Source of the DNA: a plasmid
Direction: 5' to 3' (one strand)
Sequence record: NZ_CP081674.1
Length of the DNA: 64,000 bases
In this document: positions 47,104 through 55,354 of the stretch, in pieces
Layout: every line of letters begins with the position of its first letter
Position numbering within the stretch: the first letter of the stretch is position 1
Notes under the pieces: model-generated
Databases searched by the model: none
Told to the model about the DNA's origin: nothing
Seen by the model: the letters and a program-made list of their open reading frames with translations, nothing else
Position numbers and translations under genes: made by a program

Positions 47104-48286
47104 CAGTCGTGGCCTCCTGCCACCATTGTTCGAATCCGGCGCGCTGCTTGTCCTCGACAACAGCCGGGCACACCACGTAAAAGTGCTCCAGGTCCGGTTT
47201 TTCGGCGGTGCGCTGACGAACGATGTGACGCAGGATGCCATCTCCCCCTACACGAGGAACACCTGGCGCCAACGCCAGGGCGTCACTCATCTCTTGGCGC
47301 GTCCCCCGCTTCGTGGCCCGCACCGATCGTGCGACGGTTCCGCACCCGTCTGGCCGTTTCGACGATCGACGGGTCAGCCGCCGGACCTCGTAGATCGCGT
47401 GCTCGCAACCGTCGAGCGTCGCCTGGAACCGGCGCTCTACGTCCTCGAGGTTGGCTTGTGCGGCGAGCGCCGCGGCGGAGCTCCCCTGGATGAGGGTCTG
47501 GCGTTCGTTGAGCCTGCGGGCCACGTCCTCGAGGAACAGGGCGCGCGCGCCCTGGTGCGGTTCCCGCCGCCATCTCTCTACGACGTCCCGCCGGCCGGCC
47601 TCAGTGGTCATCGCAAACGGACAGAAGCCGCACGCTGATTTCGACCATCGGCGACCGGTGATCTGCGTGATGAAATCCGTGCACTGCGCCCGATCCCAAC
47701 CCCAGTCCTGCAACGGGTACCAGCCGGTGCGCTGGTCGGTATTGAACAGAGCATCCTTGACAGCCCTTGACGGCTCCCCGCTTTCGAAACCGACGACATG
47801 ACGATAACTCCGTCCGGCGGTGACCGTGGCGATGACAGGATCCAGGCAATTTCCTTTGGCGTGGATCGAGCACAGGCGCGTGCCACCGATCTGGGGAAGC
47901 GTTCCCGCCGAGAGCAGCTCATCCTCCAGTGTGTACGCGGCACCGTACAGACGCTTGGGAGCGGTGGAGTCCTGCAGCACCGCAACCCCTTCCCCGCTCG
48001 TGCTGGTCTTTCGTTGAGACCGGCCTACCTGGATGAAACGAACGCCGCGACGAGATAGCTCAGGAAGAACGACTTCCTCGACGTCGCGGATCGTCTCATC
48101 GAACTCTCCCCCAGTGTCTGCCGCGATGACGACGAGGTCTCGCAGATCGAAGTCACGGGTTGATGGTTCGGTGAACCACCGCAGCAGGATGGCGGTCGAG
48201 TCAACGCCCATCCCGTAACTCATCACAACCATTGGGCTGCAGTCGGACTCGCTCACGATGGGTAGTTGATCCTGGCTGGCAGTCAT
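47087..48286 (-). CDS. PAPS reductase-like / PP-loop ATP pyrophosphatase family protein (DndC/BrxP/IbrA-like)
   Basis: N-terminal PP-loop VVMSYGMGVDSTAIL. C-terminal Cys cluster SACGFCPF. Confidence 0.65.
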   Translation of the reverse strand: MTASQDQLPIVSESDCSPMVVMSYGMGVDSTAILLRWFTEPSTRDFDLRDLVVIAADTGGEFDETIRDVEEVVLPELSRRGVRFIQVGRSQRKTSTSGEGVAVLQDSTAPKRLYGAAYTLEDELLSAGTLPQIGGTRLCSIHAKGNCLDPVIATVTAGRSYRHVVGFESGEPSRAVKDALFNTDQRTGWYPLQDWGWDRAQCTDFITQITGRRWSKSACGFCPFAMTTEAGRRDVVERWRREPHQGARALFLEDVARRLNERQTLIQGSSAAALAAQANLEDVERRFQATLDGCEHAIYEVRRLTRRSSKRPDGCGTVARSVRATKRGTRQEMSDALALAPGVPRVGGDGILRHIVRQRTAEKPDLEHFYVVCPAVVEDKQRAGFEQWWQEATTDAVLF

Positions 48287-48314
48287 CAGACTCCTCCTGA
48301 CACTTCCTCGAAAG

Positions 48315-48358
48315 GTGTTGCCTATAGGCTACATCAGGGTGTAGCCTATAGGCAACAC
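48315..48358. promoter_or_regulatory. perfect 19-bp inverted repeat with a 6-bp spacer (GTGTTGCCTATAGGCTACA-TCAGGG-TGTAGCCTATAGGCAACAC) in the divergent promoter region
   Basis: Lies between the PAPS-reductase-like gene (minus) and the C5-MTase gene (plus). Each arm contains the self-complementary CCTATAGG. Confidence 0.7.
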
Positions 48359-48381
48359 GTTCGGTTGAGGAGGTAGACCAG

Positions 48382-50115
48382 ATGCTCGAAATAATGGATT
48401 GGTTCTGCGGGGCCGGAGGCTCGTCACAGGGTATGCACGCCGTACCGCACGTCCGGGTCACCAAGGCGGCCAATCACTGGGACAAGGCGATCGAGTCGCA
48501 CGCTGCCAACTTCCCCGACACCGACCACTACCTCGGCGACATCCGCGAGGCCCCCGTGGCGAAATGGCCCGTCGCAGACATCTTCTGGGCATCACCCGAA
48601 TGCCCACAATGGTCAACGGCACGAGGTAAAAAGCGCGACTTCGACGCGACGCTGCAGGGCGACCTGTTCGACACCCCACGCGACGAAGAGGCCGATCGCT
48701 CCCGCGCCCTCATGGAAGAAGTCCCGATGTACCTGCGCGGCGTCATCGAACGCGGTGGCCGAGTCCGGGCCGGGGTGGTCGAGAACGTCGTCGAGGTACG
48801 CGCATGGGACCAATGGGACCGCTGGATCGGCGAGATCCGCAGCCTCGGCTACCGAACCCGCGTCATCGCTATGAATTCCATGCACGCTCAACCAGGCCGC
48901 ACGCTGCCAGCCCCACAGTCACGCGACCGCCTCTACGTGGCCTACTGGGACAAAGCCCTGCGCCGCGAACCCGACTGGGACAAATGGCTCCGACCCCGCG
49001 CGTACTGCACGACATGCGACGAATGGATCGACGCGATCCAGGTGTTCAAGAAGCCCGGCGCCGACATGGGCCGCTACCGCAGCCAGTACGTCTACAGGTG
49101 CCCCCACGTGGCATGCCGCAACGCCATCGTCGAACCACCAGCCATGCCCGCCGCCGATGCAATCGACTGGACACTGCCCGGTGAGCGCCTCGGCGACAAG
49201 CCGCTACGGGAATTCAGGAACAAGGACACGGGCAAGGTGGTCGTCGCCCCGCTCGCCCCTAAGACGATGGCTCGGATCACGGCCGGAATCGAACGCTACT
49301 GGGCCCCGTTTATCACCGAGCACCGGCACGAGTATCGAGTCCGTGGTGTCGATGTACCGCTGCAAACCGTGGCGGCCGCGGGCAACCACTTCGGCTTGGC
49401 CGTGCCGATCGAAGGCCGCGACGGCAAGGTCGCCGCCCCGGTCGAGCTGCCTCTGAGGACCGCCACCACCCGCAACGAAACCGCCCTCGTGGTGCCGTGC
49501 GGCGGAACCTGGCGCGATGCAGCCACTACCGCCAACGTGCCGATATCGACCCGCACCACACGCGAATCCGACGGCATCGCCTTCCCCCCGTTCGTCGCCG
49601 AATTGCGCGGCGGCGCAAGCGACGTCCGCTCTGTCAACGACCCTCTCGCGACCGTCACAGCCTCGGGCAACCACCACGGACTCATCACCAGCTACTACGG
49701 CAACGGAAGCACCCACAGCACGGACGAAGCCCTCGCTACGGTCACCGCGATCCACCGGCACGCATTGCTGATGCGCAACAACGGAGTTCGCGGAGGACAC
49801 CCGGCCCGCCACACCACGCCCATCGATGAGCCAGCACGCACCGTCACTACCTCCGGGCACCAGTCACTACTAACCGCCCACGCACTGCCCATCGACCTCA
49901 GCGACGTGCTCTTCCGCATGCTGGAACCGCACGAGATCGGCCGCGCAATGGCCTTCGGACGCAACTACGTCGTCCTCGGAAACAAGCGCCAGCGAGTCCG
50001 CCAGTACGGCAACGCCGTCACTCCCCCGGTCGCCGGAGTCATCGTGTCAGCACTCGTCGAGGCAATCACCGGCGAAACGATCGAGCGATGGCCACACGAC
50101 CTGGCTGCGGCCTAG
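48382..50115 (+). CDS. DNA (cytosine-5)-methyltransferase
   Basis: Motif I DWFCGAGG, motif IV SPECPQWS (PC), motif VI ENV, and the C-terminal QYGNAVTPPVA. RBS gaggagg. A large variable region. Confidence 0.85.
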   Translation: MLEIMDWFCGAGGSSQGMHAVPHVRVTKAANHWDKAIESHAANFPDTDHYLGDIREAPVAKWPVADIFWASPECPQWSTARGKKRDFDATLQGDLFDTPRDEEADRSRALMEEVPMYLRGVIERGGRVRAGVVENVVEVRAWDQWDRWIGEIRSLGYRTRVIAMNSMHAQPGRTLPAPQSRDRLYVAYWDKALRREPDWDKWLRPRAYCTTCDEWIDAIQVFKKPGADMGRYRSQYVYRCPHVACRNAIVEPPAMPAADAIDWTLPGERLGDKPLREFRNKDTGKVVVAPLAPKTMARITAGIERYWAPFITEHRHEYRVRGVDVPLQTVAAAGNHFGLAVPIEGRDGKVAAPVELPLRTATTRNETALVVPCGGTWRDAATTANVPISTRTTRESDGIAFPPFVAELRGGASDVRSVNDPLATVTASGNHHGLITSYYGNGSTHSTDEALATVTAIHRHALLMRNNGVRGGHPARHTTPIDEPARTVTTSGHQSLLTAHALPIDLSDVLFRMLEPHEIGRAMAFGRNYVVLGNKRQRVRQYGNAVTPPVAGVIVSALVEAITGETIERWPHDLAAA

Positions 50116-50191
50116 TTCGACCCGGGGTGCAGAACGCCACGAAATAACCGTTGCGTTCTGCACCCACCAACTCAGGAGCAAGAAGGTTGCG

Positions 50192-50671
50192 ATGTCCGAA
50201 CAACTCATGATCGACTTCGATCCGCGAGCCACCGCCGCGCGCATCGCCGCCGAAGAAGAAGTGGCCGCAGCATACGCAGAACTGGTCGTCGAACTCGTCG
50301 TCACCGAAGCCGATGCCCGCGAGCACGACCTCTGGCTCACCCCTAGCGACGGCGGGCGCCTCACCGTCTTGGTGTGCCCTGCCTGCGGTCAGTACGAAGC
50401 CAACGAATTCCTAATCTGCAACAACCACGGTCTCAGCCGGGAGTATCTGTACAAGCGGGGCGACGGAGCATGGGTGACGACGGGCCGCGAGTACGGCAGA
50501 CAATGGTGTGTCGCCCTCGACCTCACCAGCCGACACCTGGCCGGCGACTGCCACCTCAGCGAAAGCCAGACGCAAATGCTGGGCCGACTCCGACCCGAGG
50601 TCCGCGAAAGATTCGATCGTGAGGTCGCGGATGTGCGCCAGCGCATCGAGGCTCGACAGATTGGTCGGTAG
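50192..50671 (+). CDS. hypothetical Cys-containing protein downstream of the C5-MTase
   Basis: CPACGQYEANEFLICNNHG. Not Vsr-like. Confidence 0.45.
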   Translation: MSEQLMIDFDPRATAARIAAEEEVAAAYAELVVELVVTEADAREHDLWLTPSDGGRLTVLVCPACGQYEANEFLICNNHGLSREYLYKRGDGAWVTTGREYGRQWCVALDLTSRHLAGDCHLSESQTQMLGRLRPEVRERFDREVADVRQRIEARQIGR

Positions 50672-50679
50672 CGCTGACG

Positions 50680-51113
50680 ATGAGCCTGATCGCTGCTATA
50701 CGGAACAGTCTTGCACTTGCTATGCCAAGCAAAGTTTTGCAATACGGAATTCGACATACTCACTGATTGCTGTGTGAACCCGTTCAGTGTTGTGAAACCG
50801 CCAAATGAACGCATGATGTATCCAATGAGGAAGTATGGTCAGGCGGGCAACGAGCAAAGATGGTGACGGCCGGGACTGTAGTGAATCACGCCTACGTAGG
50901 GCGAAATATACGCAATAGCATTGACCAGAAGAACGTCCACGACTTTGTGTGAAAGACCCGGCGCGGCGTCTCTGCCAGAATCCTAGTGACTAATAGAAGA
51001 ATGGCGAAAAGTCCACTAATAATATTAGCTACAACCATTGCAGTAATGGCGATAATCCCTTATTGTGGAAGCATAAGAAAATAGCCTATCTGATTCAGAA
51101 TGAGGAGTTGGAA
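50680..51113. promoter_or_regulatory. ~430-bp strongly AT-rich non-coding region (candidate oriT/origin/promoter region)
   Basis: The GC content falls far below all flanks, with runs such as ctaataatattagctacaaccattgcagtaatgg. Confidence 0.4.
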
Positions 51114-51380
51114 ATGTCCGTCACCGTGTACACCAAGCCCGCATGCGTGCAGTGCAACGCCACCTATAAGGCGCTGGAAAAGCAGGGCATCGCGTTCGAG
51201 AAGGTTGACATCACTGTCGACAGCGAGGCCCGCGACTACGTCATGGCGCTCGGCTACCTGCAGGCCCCGGTAGTGGTGGCCGGCAACGAGCACTGGTCGG
51301 GCTTCCGGCCCGATCGGATCAAGACACTCACGAATCCGGAGACGGTATCCACCGCCGATGCAAGTGCGGTGTCCGCATGA
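51114..51380 (+). CDS. nrdH: NrdH-redoxin (glutaredoxin-like)
   Basis: CVQC active site and a WSGFRPD C-terminal motif. RBS ggag. Confidence 0.75.
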   Translation: MSVTVYTKPACVQCNATYKALEKQGIAFEKVDITVDSEARDYVMALGYLQAPVVVAGNEHWSGFRPDRIKTLTNPETVSTADASAVSA

Positions 51381-51778
51381 CTTCCGGTGTGATCGACCCC
51401 TGGTCCTCCCATTCCGGCCCACGACCGGTGTTCGACGATGAGCTGTCGGACACCGACAAGTTCGTCGATTACGCGGCCGCCATGAATCACTACGCGGGGC
51501 CGTTCTGCTCCTGCGGCGACTACTCCTGCCCTGCCAACAACGACTCCTCGGCACGCTGTGTGAACTACGACGATCCATTCGCTTACGTAGGTCGGTATCC
51601 GGAATCCTGGACCGACGAAGACATCGAGGCCTACGAAGCGACGGAACTGACCGAATCGCTCATCAGCGAGGCCCGGTGCACCGCCGAGGGCAACACCCTC
51701 CTCGCAGTCCAACGCATCAACGCACTCGGCGCCGACCTCGCCACGGCACCGGAGGGGTTGCGACGATGCACCGCCTGA
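51377..51778 (+). CDS. hypothetical Cys-rich protein
   Basis: ATGA overlap with nrdH. FCSCGDYSCPANN. Confidence 0.4.
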   Translation: MTSGVIDPWSSHSGPRPVFDDELSDTDKFVDYAAAMNHYAGPFCSCGDYSCPANNDSSARCVNYDDPFAYVGRYPESWTDEDIEAYEATELTESLISEARCTAEGNTLLAVQRINALGADLATAPEGLRRCTA

Positions 51779-52149
51779 CCATCGACCGAGCCGACCACGG
51801 AACAACCACCACCAGCGAGCATCCCGACGCTGCTGATGCCAAGCGCGCACTCGAGCGCTACGTCGAGCACGCGGGCTGCCGAACCGACACGATCCAGATG
51901 CACTCAGCTTTCAGTAGCTGGCAGCTCACCACTCTCGCCGGCAATCGTTTCCATGCCACCGCCACCATCGAATGCTGCAGTGCGGCGGCCTCTCACGCCA
52001 CAGACTTCGCTGTGCTCACAGCCATACGCGGCAGTGCTCTTGCGGTCGATACAGGCATCGCCTGCGTCGATAACTACGAGCGAGCTGCCGTTCAGCATCA
52101 GTGGGACAAACTCACCGGAGCTTCTCGGCATTTTCATCGTGCGAGCTGA
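51766..52149 (+). CDS. hypothetical protein (MHRLTID...)
   Basis: Overlaps the upstream gene. Weak paralog of the next gene. Confidence 0.35.
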   Translation: MHRLTIDRADHGTTTTSEHPDAADAKRALERYVEHAGCRTDTIQMHSAFSSWQLTTLAGNRFHATATIECCSAAASHATDFAVLTAIRGSALAVDTGIACVDNYERAAVQHQWDKLTGASRHFHRAS

Positions 52150-52180
52150 CCACGCAACCATCGCCCGAGACGGACTAGCC

Positions 52181-52492
52181 ATGCATGAGCTCACCATCAA
52201 CGCATCGACCGGACTCCTCACCAGTCGGCACAACAATTTCGCCTGGGCACGACGAGCGCTGCTCGCCCATGCCCGGCTCAGTGATGTGTATCTGCACTCT
52301 CTGCAATGCGATGTAGACCCCGGAACGGCGACGTTCGAACTTGTCAGTTTCGACGCCACAGGACGGTGTCCCCGTGTCACGGGGACCGCGCAGATCGGAC
52401 CGGCGTCGCGACCTGATCAATCGCACGTTGAACCATTCGAATCGACACACCGGCCGCAACATCACTCACGAGAGGAACACGATCAACGATGA
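52181..52492 (+). CDS. hypothetical protein (MHELTIN...)
   Basis: Tandem weak paralog of the preceding gene. Confidence 0.35.
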   Translation: MHELTINASTGLLTSRHNNFAWARRALLAHARLSDVYLHSLQCDVDPGTATFELVSFDATGRCPRVTGTAQIGPASRPDQSHVEPFESTHRPQHHSREEHDQR

Positions 52493-52815
52493 CCACCTTC
52501 AACCGGCCTTACGTTCTCCAACTGGCAGTCGCTCTGATGGTCCCCCAGCACGACGACGAGTACTACCGACGCATCCGCCAAACCGCTGAGGCCAACGGCG
52601 TCCCGCCCGAGCAGCTCGACCGCGCGGCATTCATCGTTGATGGGGTACGCAAAGGCGGTACCGATATCGATGAGTGGATCCGCCAGGAGTACATCGTTGA
52701 CGGTTGGTTGCAGGGCTATGTGCCGCTCGAAGCTTCGCCCACCGACTCACAATGGTCGACCTATCACCTAGCGCACTTGGCCGAGGATCACTACCGCCGT
52801 CAACCAACTATCTGA
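52489..52815 (+). CDS. hypothetical protein
   Basis: ATGA overlap with the upstream gene. 108 aa. Confidence 0.4.
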   Translation: MTTFNRPYVLQLAVALMVPQHDDEYYRRIRQTAEANGVPPEQLDRAAFIVDGVRKGGTDIDEWIRQEYIVDGWLQGYVPLEASPTDSQWSTYHLAHLAEDHYRRQPTI

Positions 52816-52839
52816 AGCCTGGCTACGCGCCGTTCTGGG

Positions 52840-53385
52840 TCAGAACAGTCGTGGGTGAACGCCCAACAGTGCCTCGCGCACTGCTTCGGCATTCCAGCCG
52901 TCGCGCACCGCGTCACGAAGGGCAACGGACCGTTCCCGACGCGCCTCGCGACCTAGCCCGCGAATCGACGGCCTGCCGCCGCCGCGGCGGCCCCGTCCCA
53001 TCCGCAACATGTTCTCAGACTGCGTGCCCGCGACGACATGCTGGCGTACCGATTCCGGCGGACTGATTTTCACGCAGATCGGATTGTCGCAATCGTGCAA
53101 GGCGAACACATCCGCGCTCAGCGGCCGGCCCGTAGCCATCGCCAATGCGTACCGATTCGGACGCACACAGAATCCTGTGCCCGATCGCGTGATGAAGAAC
53201 CTGCCATAGCCGTCCGCGCCAATGGCGCCCACCCAGATGCTGCAGTCATCCGCCTCGGGACCGATAACGACATAACTGCAAAACCGCGCGCACTCCGCTG
53301 GGTGTACCCGAGGGTCCACCCAGAGTGCGTGAACGTGGTCCTCAAGCCCATTCACGAGCCGTACGCTACCGATCCGCCCGGACAC
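52840..53385 (-). CDS. HNH endonuclease family protein
   Basis: HDCDNPICV...H...N pattern of the HNH motif. Confidence 0.65.
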   Translation of the reverse strand: MSGRIGSVRLVNGLEDHVHALWVDPRVHPAECARFCSYVVIGPEADDCSIWVGAIGADGYGRFFITRSGTGFCVRPNRYALAMATGRPLSADVFALHDCDNPICVKISPPESVRQHVVAGTQSENMLRMGRGRRGGGRPSIRGLGREARRERSVALRDAVRDGWNAEAVREALLGVHPRLF

Positions 53386-53415
53386 GTTGTCGTGTGCGAA
53401 TTCGCGTACCCGCGT

Positions 53416-53958
53416 TCATCGTTGGCTTCCCAACATTTCCCCCGCGCTCGTGGGCTCTTCCCGCTGCGCCTGGGCCTCAACCGAAACACCCTGCCCGGCG
53501 TCCGAAGATGCCTCGACGCCTCGGTCACCTAGTGCTTGCGGATCTTCCGGCGACACGGCCCGTGGTTCGCCGGAACCTAGTGCCTGCGAACGGCTCCCGG
53601 CGGCGTCTCGAAGGCTCGGAGTCTGGGCGGCCAGTTTGATGTAGCTGCGGACCAACTTTTCCGGGACATCCCCCAGCGCGGCGATGTCTTTGATGGTCTC
53701 CCCCCGTGCCTTCAGGCGGGCCAGCGCCTTGGCGCCTTCCACCCGTTGTTCGTGGCGCCGCTGCTCAGCTTCACCTCGTACCTGCGCAAGGTGCTCGGCC
53801 TCCCAACCGTCGACGGCCTGAAGCTTCTGTTCAGCCAGCAGGAACGCCACCATGTCCTCGCGGTTGTCCGATTCCCTTTTGAGCCGTTCCTGCTGAGCTC
53901 TGGTCTGCGCTTCGCGGACCTTGCGGCGTACATCGCTCCGAGACTCGATCTTGGCCAT
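53416..53958 (-). CDS. coiled-coil hypothetical protein divergent from the relaxase
   Basis: Charged heptad-like region (RRKVREAQTRAQQERLKRESDNRE...). Confidence 0.4.
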   Translation of the reverse strand: MAKIESRSDVRRKVREAQTRAQQERLKRESDNREDMVAFLLAEQKLQAVDGWEAEHLAQVRGEAEQRRHEQRVEGAKALARLKARGETIKDIAALGDVPEKLVRSYIKLAAQTPSLRDAAGSRSQALGSGEPRAVSPEDPQALGDRGVEASSDAGQGVSVEAQAQREEPTSAGEMLGSQR

Positions 53959-54264
53959 GGTGCGGACCGTACGGCGGCGCGGCGGGCCGAGTCCAACAGT
54001 AGCTCCACATTCGCCCTGATCGAATTTTCTTTCCCTCCACACCGATTGAGCTTTGCGCGATCTGAGTTTGATGCTCCGGTCCCACCTCAGCGTGGCTCTG
54101 TCATCGCGATCCACCAGTATTTCGAAGCCACCCGAGCACCCCCGCCGGCATCCAGCCGCCGTCTACCCAAAGCCACACACCTCTTGCACTCAGGATCACA
54201 GTTCGATAACGATCCCAGGGCTACTGTTGGATTTGACGTGCGTCAAGTTTCTAACGTGCGGCTC

Positions 54265-55293
54265 ATGACGGCCACGCTGCACAAACTCACCGCCGGTGAT
54301 GGCTACCTGTATCTGATCCGCCAGGTCGCTGCGCACGACACCACCGAGCGCGGACGCAACACCCTCTCCGATTACTACTCGGCCAAAGGTGAATCCCCCG
54401 GCCGCTGGGTTGGCAAGGGGTTGGCATCACTGTCGTATACCGGGGTACGTGGCGTATCCCAACAGGTCAAAGACGAGGTCTGGACGGTACCCGAAGGGTC
54501 CGAGGTCACCGAGGAACAGATGGCAGCACTGTTCGGGGAAGGGTTGCACCCCAACGCCGTTGACATCGCCAACCATCAGGTAGGTCGAGGCGCACCTGCC
54601 CACGTCGCGATCAAGGCGGCTCATCTGGGCCGGCCATTCACCGTGCGCAGCGGGGCGACCGAGTTTCAAAAGGCACTCGCGGTCGCCTACCGCGAGTACA
54701 ACGCCGAGCACGGCAAGCGATGGAACGCACCCATCCCTGACGAGGTCCGTGCCCGACTGCGCACCACCATCGCGCGTGAACAATTCAGCGAGGAATACGA
54801 CCGCGAGCCCGCCGATGACCGCGAGCTTTCCGGCTTCATCGCGCGCAACTCACGGCTACCTACCACCGCCGTCGCCGGCTACGACATCACGTTCTCACCG
54901 GTGAAATCGGTGTCGACGCTGTGGGCCATCGCCCCCCTGGATGTGTCGGCCGCGATCGAAGAGTGCCACGACGCCGCGGTGACAGATTCGTTGGCGTTCA
55001 TCCAACAAAACGCCGCGTTCACCCGCATCGGTGCCGGCGGTGTCGCCCAAGTGGATACGACAGGCCTCATCGGAACAGCCTTCACACACCGCGATTCGCG
55101 CGCGGGTGACCCGGATCTGCACACGCACGTGGCGATTTCGAACAAGGTCGCCTACATCGACGCACACGGCGTGCAGCGTTGGCTGGCGCTGGACGGACAA
55201 CCCCTGCACCGCATGATGGTGAGCGCTTCTGAGCTCTACAACACCCGACTCGAGGCGCATTTGGAGGAGCGCCTCGGGCTGCGATTTCGCTGA
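54265..55293 (+). CDS. traA: MobF/TrwC-type relaxase, N-terminal relaxase domain (first part of a frameshifted traA)
   Basis: YYSAKGESPGRWVG (catalytic Tyr region) and HRDSRAGDPDLHTHVAISN (3-His motif). Confidence 0.8.
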   Translation: MTATLHKLTAGDGYLYLIRQVAAHDTTERGRNTLSDYYSAKGESPGRWVGKGLASLSYTGVRGVSQQVKDEVWTVPEGSEVTEEQMAALFGEGLHPNAVDIANHQVGRGAPAHVAIKAAHLGRPFTVRSGATEFQKALAVAYREYNAEHGKRWNAPIPDEVRARLRTTIAREQFSEEYDREPADDRELSGFIARNSRLPTTAVAGYDITFSPVKSVSTLWAIAPLDVSAAIEECHDAAVTDSLAFIQQNAAFTRIGAGGVAQVDTTGLIGTAFTHRDSRAGDPDLHTHVAISNKVAYIDAHGVQRWLALDGQPLHRMMVSASELYNTRLEAHLEERLGLRFR

Positions 55294-55354
55294 GGTCACA
55301 CCCCCCGGCCGCAACAAGCGACCGATCCGCGAGATTGTCGGCGTCAGCACCGAA

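Noticed and set aside
50192-50671. Vsr (very-short-patch repair endonuclease) partner of the C5-MTase
   Set aside because: The Vsr FVHGCFWH/H-C motifs are absent. It is only a Cys-containing hypothetical protein.
53746-54264. Upstream 173-codon extension of the relaxase ORF
   Set aside because: It overlaps the minus-strand coiled-coil gene and has no relaxase homology. TrwC-type relaxases begin close to the MTATLHKLTAGDGYLY motif.
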